Below, in pieces: positions 17,680 to 23,195 of a stretch of 23,195 nt of DNA. Origin of the DNA: an uncultured virus (IMG/VR IMGVR_UViG_2061766007_000739) (lineage: Duplodnaviria; Heunggongvirae; Uroviricota; Caudoviricetes). The notes under the pieces were generated by a model, which was not told where the DNA came from, did not search any database, and saw only the letters and a program-made list of their open reading frames with translations. The translations under genes were made by a program, and so were the position numbers. Position 1 is the first letter of the stretch; each line of letters begins with the position of its first letter. Location of the stretch: the IMG/VR virus record IMGVR_UViG_2061766007_000739. The stretch is one strand, 5' to 3'.

Positions 17680-18498
17680 ATGGCTACACGAAGCAAGAAA
17701 GTTTTGAAAACGCTGGCGAAAACGCTGGGTAATGATGATAGCAAGAAGAAAACACCGTCCGGATATAACAAGGACGGGAGCCCGAAGAACTGGCCGAAGG
17801 TACTCAAAAAAGTGCCCATGAACCGTAACGTCCGTGTCAAGGACTTGCCGAAGCAGCCGGTGTTCAAGGACGAGGGTGAGAAGCAGCGTTTCCTCGACCG
17901 GTTGAAGACTGAAACTACCGGTAAGGATTGGCGCAAGGAATTCAAGGATGCTGTCAGTGACGAGGCCGTGCAGATTGAGTTCAGCGGATTTGGTAACGGA
18001 CAGGTTTCCGAATTGGCGGATGGTCTCAGCAAGACCCTTACCCACGGGGAAAGCCAGAGAATTGCCGCGGCCACAAACGAGCGCGTACAGAAGGACAATC
18101 GAGAAAACCCGATTGAAGGCCAGGTAATGGAATCCAACTTCATCCTCCCGCTTCCGGCCACCAAGCTCGAAGAGAACGATATCCCTGAATACGTCCTCAT
18201 GGCCTTCATGCAGCCCGGCTCCGATTTCACGCTGGAAAGCACGGTTACCGTCGGCAAGGACGTGCGTATCGTCTATCAGCGTGACCCGGAGTATTTCGAG
18301 GCCATCATTACGATAGGTGCTCAGAGGACCCTGAACCGCCGCATTGAAATCAACAGTCTCGTCATCAAGGATGGCGCCAGCTATGTCGTGGATGGCAAGT
18401 TCTGCGATCATCCAGTGGTTGAGGGTGATGTTGAGATGGTGCAGCCGCGTGTATTGAAGCTATATAATTATCTCTGCGAAAAACTTGGATTGGTGTAG
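17680..18498 (+). CDS. hypothetical protein with Lys-rich N-terminus (272 aa)
   Basis: AAGGAGG SD before ATG 17680 (MATRSKK...). Confidence 0.85.
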   Translation: MATRSKKVLKTLAKTLGNDDSKKKTPSGYNKDGSPKNWPKVLKKVPMNRNVRVKDLPKQPVFKDEGEKQRFLDRLKTETTGKDWRKEFKDAVSDEAVQIEFSGFGNGQVSELADGLSKTLTHGESQRIAAATNERVQKDNRENPIEGQVMESNFILPLPATKLEENDIPEYVLMAFMQPGSDFTLESTVTVGKDVRIVYQRDPEYFEAIITIGAQRTLNRRIEINSLVIKDGASYVVDGKFCDHPVVEGDVEMVQPRVLKLYNYLCEKLGLV

Positions 18499-18521
18499 TT
18501 CGCGTCCGGATATGACATTGG

Positions 18522-18550
18522 TTGCCACTGCGTTGGTAAAGTGCTATGTT
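18522..18550 (+). promoter_or_regulatory. sigma70-like promoter with extended -10
   Basis: TTGCCA-17 nt-TATGTT, preceded by TGc. Confidence 0.6.
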
Positions 18551-18553
18551 TGC

Positions 18554-18587
18554 GGCATAGGCAATTTCGCCTATGCCTTCATTTTTA
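18554..18587 (+). terminator. hairpin: terminator-like or 5' leader stem
   Basis: GGCATAGGC-aatttc-GCCTATGCC, a 9-bp stem followed by ttcattttt. Confidence 0.5.
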
Positions 18588-18600
18588 AGGAAACAAAAGG

Positions 18601-19490
18601 TTGAATAAATCCCCACATTCCAAATGTCGTACCGGTCACAGTATCGTCTACGGGCTTTATGCACTAGAAATACTTGCCCTGGTTGTGCTTTTCGCCATAA
18701 TTTACTTCTTTTATGGAGAAGTGAACCGTAAAATTGACTATATCAATGAGACGGTTGTTAAAGAACGCATGCACTCCGACTCTATTTCAGCACGCATGGA
18801 TAGTCTTGATTCGCATGTTTTAGCGCTTCATGAGATTACTGAGACCAACCGGTCTCGCTCCCATCAAATCTTGGTTGGTGCCAAGATAGTTCAGGCTGTC
18901 CGTAAAGGTATCGATGCCAAGGACGCTGCCAATCTTGCACGTATCATATTCGATGAATCCGAATTTAATTCCACTGTGGAGTATTCATTCCTTCTTGCCA
19001 TAATCGAGGCTGAATCCAAGTTTAACGTCAATGCATTGTCACCGGCGGGTGCAGTTGGTTTAGGACAGTTGATGCCCAGGACGGCCGAAAGCGTGGCGAG
19101 ACATTGTGGCATGAGGTTTGAAGCGAACCTGCTTACAGACCCTCGTTATAATGTGAAATTATCGGTGCATTACCTTTCCAGGTTATATAAGCAGTTTCCG
19201 AACTATATTCTTGTTGCTGCTGCGTATAACGGCGGNNNNNNNNNNAAAACCTGCTTACAGACCCTCGATATAATGTGAAATTATCGGTGCATTATCTCTC
19301 CCGGTTATATAAGCAGTTTCCGAACTATATTCTTGTTTCTGCTGCGTATAACGGCGGTCCGGGTGGTGCAATCAAGTATCGGCAATGGATGGAGGGTGAA
19401 ATTGCGAAGGACAGCGTCCATCGGGAGACTGTCGCTTATGTTGAGAAAGTCATGGAGCGGTATAATGTTTACCGGGATATGTTGCATTGA
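18601..19490 (+). CDS. membrane-anchored lytic transglycosylase, SLT domain (about 255 aa after removing duplication)
   Basis: N-terminal TM segment, then IIEAES, GAVGLGQLMP, AAYNGG and ETVAYV motifs. The N gap 19236-19245 separates a duplication with offset 122; 890-122=768 nt, in frame. Confidence 0.9.
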
Positions 19491-19532
19491 ATGATATAGA
19501 TTTATTCCAGTAAGAAATTATGAGGTTTAAAC

Positions 19533-21295
19533 ATGAACATTCATTGTCTTGTACAGGTTAACGGTAATGAGCTTGATTTTGCTGAATGGCTTGATTACCA
19601 TATTGCACTCGGGTTCGATGCGATTTTTGTATTCAGCAACGGTAATCATCCCTGGTTAAATGCTGTATGCGAACGTCGTTCCGACAAGAATGTTGTGGTT
19701 GTCCCAGGCGATGATGACTGGTCCCATCAGTCTAATATCATCCAGAAGTTCGTTGCTCGCCGGAAGCAACCGTCATGGGCAATTTGTCTTTCTGATGATG
19801 AGTTCATTTGGCTTGACCCCAAACTCTATCGAAATATCAAGGATTTTGTATTTGGTGAATGTGAACGTCGTGGTGCCACTGCATGCACCCTATACACCAA
19901 GTACATTTCCTCCAAGGAACCGATGAAGAGCCGTGTCGGTACACAGATTGACTGCTTCACTCATATCCGGCGTGAACCGGAAGGCTACCTGCCGGCACTC
20001 GAAGTGTGCCCGAATACAGGTGCGACCTTCTTCAAGATTACCAGTCCGAACATGCCGCTTGCCAACAAGCTTGTTCCTGAAAACCCTAGTCGCTGGGTTG
20101 ATGCAAACGGCGGTNNNNNNNNNNCCGTGAACCGGAAGGCTACCTGCCGGCACTCGAAGTGTGCCCGAATACGGGTGCGACTTTCTTCAAGATTACCAGC
20201 ACGAAAATGCCGCTTGCCAACAAGCTCGTTCCGGAAAACCCCAGTCGCTGGGTTGATGCAAACGGCGGTCGTCTTCTCCCGGAAGAAATGGGCCGGTACA
20301 TGCACTCCAACCAGTTTTATCCAATGCGTTTTCGCGCACGTATCTACCGTTTCTGTCCGAAGAGTGGATTCGAAATGAACTTTGCAGAAAATGCGGTGCC
20401 TAAGGGATTTGACATCAAGGACTTGACTATGCAAGAGGCGAGAAGTCTTCTCATGCGAGTACCGGTGAATCCTGATACTGAGGAACTGTTTGCCAAGGAT
20501 ATTATCCCGGAACCGCCGGTTGTTGTCGAAAATTCCAATGGCACTACTAGCGAAATATCCAAGGAGGAGCTTGCAGAGCGTGAACTTCCCGTATCTAAGG
20601 CGCGTATATGCAAGATGATTCTTGGTGGAAAGTATTTCGAGGATATCCGCGATGAGTTGCAGAAGCAGTACCAGGATATCGATGTGGAAGCCCTTGAGCG
20701 CGTATTCAATAAGGAACGTGAAGCCATCATCCAGGCCGACACATCCTACAAGTGGCTGCAGGAACTTCTCGATGCTGGAAAGACCGAAGAAGAAATCTGT
20801 AAGACTATGCTGATTAAGCATACCGCATATACCCGCATGGTAAAGGCCCTGCCTGTTCTCGATATTCCGCGAGAAGGAGTCGAGGAAGAATCGGAAGCCG
20901 AAGCCGATCCGGGTCTCACGCTCGAAGTCGGCGAACCTGAAAGTGTCGAGGACCTTGCATCCAAGTTCAATGAAAGTGTCGAAAGCCACAAGCTGACCGA
21001 ACTTGAAAAGGAAGAAATCGACAATTTCGAAAAGGAACGCAGTGTCCGTAAGAGCGCCAAGCAGGGCGGCAATGGCAAGAAAAAGAAGGCCGATACTCCC
21101 AAGAAGCCGAAGGTCGTTGCCGTGGAAGCGGTCGATGCCGGCGCCGCGGAAGGCGATGTTGTAATCAAGGAATTCGTGCCGCCTACTGGAAACGATGATT
21201 TCCAGTTGGAAGTCGAAAGCGACCTCATCGAAAATGCGTCTGCCGATTCCGTAATCAAGCATGCTACCGAAGGGGGTTGCCAACAGTTAACCTAA
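19533..21295 (+). CDS. GT92/GT2-like glycosyltransferase-fold protein with C-terminal helical/acidic extension (about 535 aa after removing duplication)
   Basis: EWLDYHIALGFDAIFVF and WAICLSDDEFI resemble GT92/Glyco_tranf_2_4 signatures. The N gap 20115-20124 separates a duplication with offset 155; 1763-155=1608 nt, in frame. GAGGT SD. Confidence 0.7.
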
Positions 21296-21354
21296 AATCT
21301 ACCTAAACTTACTCAAATATGCCGAAAACTATATGTAGATTGGATGATTTTAGG

Positions 21355-21393
21355 TTGACAATCAGCATAAAATTTTGTACATTATTATAAACT
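21355..21393 (+). promoter_or_regulatory. sigma70 promoter followed by TATAAACT motif
   Basis: TTGACA (21355-60), 17 nt spacer, TACATT (21378-83); TATAAACT at 21386-93. Confidence 0.7.
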
Positions 21394-21404
21394 TGATGTA
21401 TAGA

Positions 21405-21503
21405 GGTTCAATGAATTAGTGAGATTCTTCATTGAACTAGAATATGGACCATTTTGATGGCTCGTTTGGAATTGAATCTCACAATAAGTTCCGAACGGGC
21501 CAT
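21405..21503 (+). ncRNA. putative structured RNA: two hairpins with 9-nt complementary loops (kissing loop)
   Basis: Stem 1 21406-15/21428-37 (10 bp perfect); stem 2 21457-71/21489-503 (15 bp, 2 G-U). Loop segments GTGAGATTC (21419-27) and GAATCTCAC (21474-82) are exact reverse complements. Confidence 0.6.
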
Positions 21504-21513
21504 TTCTGTATCT

Positions 21514-23195
21514 ATGAGCAAACATTGTTGGACATTGAAGGATAGGTACGAGTCGCAGTTCTCCGCTGCGTTCTATCCTATCCTATTGTCCGACACGAAG
21601 CGAGCAGAAATCATCCATCGTGCCGAAGAAATCCGTGCAGTACGAAATGACATATCGGAAGTGTTCTTCTCGGATATGATCGGCTTTCAGGACATGAGCA
21701 AGTTCGAGGCATACAAGTATTTCATTCCCACATTTAATACAAGACTATGTAGTCATTACTTGAAGAAGGCAATCGAGGATGTGTGGAGAGCCTATCAGCT
21801 CCGGTTCGATGCAATTCGCAAGACGATTGAATTTGCCATGGTTGAAGAACTGGTTCCATCGTTCTACAAAATAAATGTCAAGGGACACAAGAAAGGTGAA
21901 CTGAAGTCTATTGAAGTTCATACCAAGAAGACGGAACTCACGAAGATACTGACTTGGCTTGCGCGATACGGAAATTACGAAACTGTCTATTGGCTAGAGT
22001 NNNNNNNNNNGCTTTTGTCCGACACGAAGCGAGCAGAAATTATCCACCGTGCTGAGGAAATCCGTGCAGTCCGCAACGACATATCGGAGATATTTTTCTC
22101 GGATATGCTAGGCTTCCAGGATATGAGCAAGTTCGAGGCGTTCAATTTCTTCAACCCGACATTCAATACCCGGTTATCTAGTCATTACTTAAAGAAGACT
22201 ATCGAAGATGTATGGAGAGCATATCAGTTGAGGTTCGATGCAATCCGCAAGAAGATAGAGTTCGTTCAGGTTGAAGAACTTGTTCCCTCATTTTACAAGA
22301 TAAATGTCAGGGGGCATAAGAAAGGTGACTTAAAATCCATCGAAGTTCATACCAAGAAGACAGAACTAACGAAGGTTCTTACTTGGCTTGCCCGTTACGG
22401 CAAGGAAGAAACCGTCCATTGGCTTGAATCTGCTATTCCGACCGCAGTAGAATCCAAGCGGAAGTTCTACTGCACTATCTTGGAAAAGATTAGGAAATTC
22501 GGTTTCGACCGCCTCATGCGGTTGGCTCTATCAAGAAGAACATCTGTATTTGCCGAATACGAGAAGCGTGGAAAGATTACCTTTGAATCGCTTACATTCA
22601 GTGGGCGTAGTCGTATTAAGCGCCCCATCGTGGATGCTAGGCGTAACGAAACCGGCAAGTTCGATTACTTCATCGAGATNNNNNNNNNNCTGGTCGTAGC
22701 CGTATCAAGCGTCCTATCGTGGATGCTCGTAGGAACGAGTCTGGCAAATTTGACTACTTCATCGAGATTTCTTGGGATTGGTACGACCAAGGCTATCGTG
22801 GTGATAGTAAAAAGACGTTATGTATTCCGTTTAAGTACAACAAGGCATATCATCGCTCGCTGAACCGCTATTGCAATGGAACCGATACTTCCTATACAAT
22901 AGTAGTCCGAGGAAAAGACATCCATGTAGTTCTCGCAAGGGACGGCTACCGCTATAAGAATAATGACGAAATCACCGAAGAAAATACAGTTGGCATAGAT
23001 GTCAATTCCAAACACAACATGTTCGCATTGAGTACTGGGGAGTTCATTCCGAACGACGATGCCTTGATTGCTGACCTGGAAACCGAATTGCTCAAGATAG
23101 ACCAGAAGCAGAAGAACTACAATACCCGGTTTGCCAATGACGAGGAACATGATGCGTTCAAGATATCCAAGAAAGACAAGGCTCGCATCAAAGCC
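21514..23195 (+). CDS. large TnpB / Cas12f-like RNA-guided RuvC nuclease; runs off the right edge
   Basis: After collapsing duplications at gaps 22001-10 (offset 429) and 22680-89 (offset 89), one frame reads MSKHCWTLK...FDYFIEISWDW...DIHVVL...ENTVGIDVNSKHNMFALSTG (RuvC-I Asp at 22998-23000), followed by a charged helical region. RuvC-II/III and any Zn finger would lie beyond the window. Confidence 0.7.

Noticed and set aside
19275..19490. Separate 71-aa gene or SLT pseudogene; likewise split GT and nuclease genes
   Set aside because: The frameshifts arise only from gap-associated duplications; repaired frames are continuous.
21454..21513. Upstream start extending the nuclease ORF
   Set aside because: It runs through hairpin 2 of the structured leader; ATG 21514 is preferred, though neither start has a clear SD.

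Overview
This window is a fragment of a large T4-like (probably jumbo) dsDNA phage from a strain-mixed metagenomic scaffold, using the standard genetic code. Recognisable genes are a UvsW-like SF2 helicase, a T4 RNase H/FEN-type 5'-3' exonuclease, a DUF4422 protein, a SWIM Zn-finger protein, a membrane-anchored SLT lytic transglycosylase, a GT92/GT2-like fusion, a stand-alone PolA/T7-fold (TV-Pol-like) polymerase, and, running off the right edge, a Cas12f-sized TnpB/type V RuvC nuclease. The rest are hypothetical proteins, several probably virion components. Six 10-N gaps each separate two strain variants of the same sequence; removing one copy restores intact frames. Two promoter classes are visible: sigma70-like TTGnnA-17-TAnnTT and a recurrent TATAAACT late-type motif. 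The most striking non-coding signals are a kissing-loop RNA leader in front of the TnpB/Cas12f-like gene, a pseudoknot-capable leader plus a repeat/hairpin block in front of the TV-Pol-like gene, and a phased cluster of DnaA-box-like 9-mers after uvsW. All family calls come from motif recognition by eye; no database search was run.
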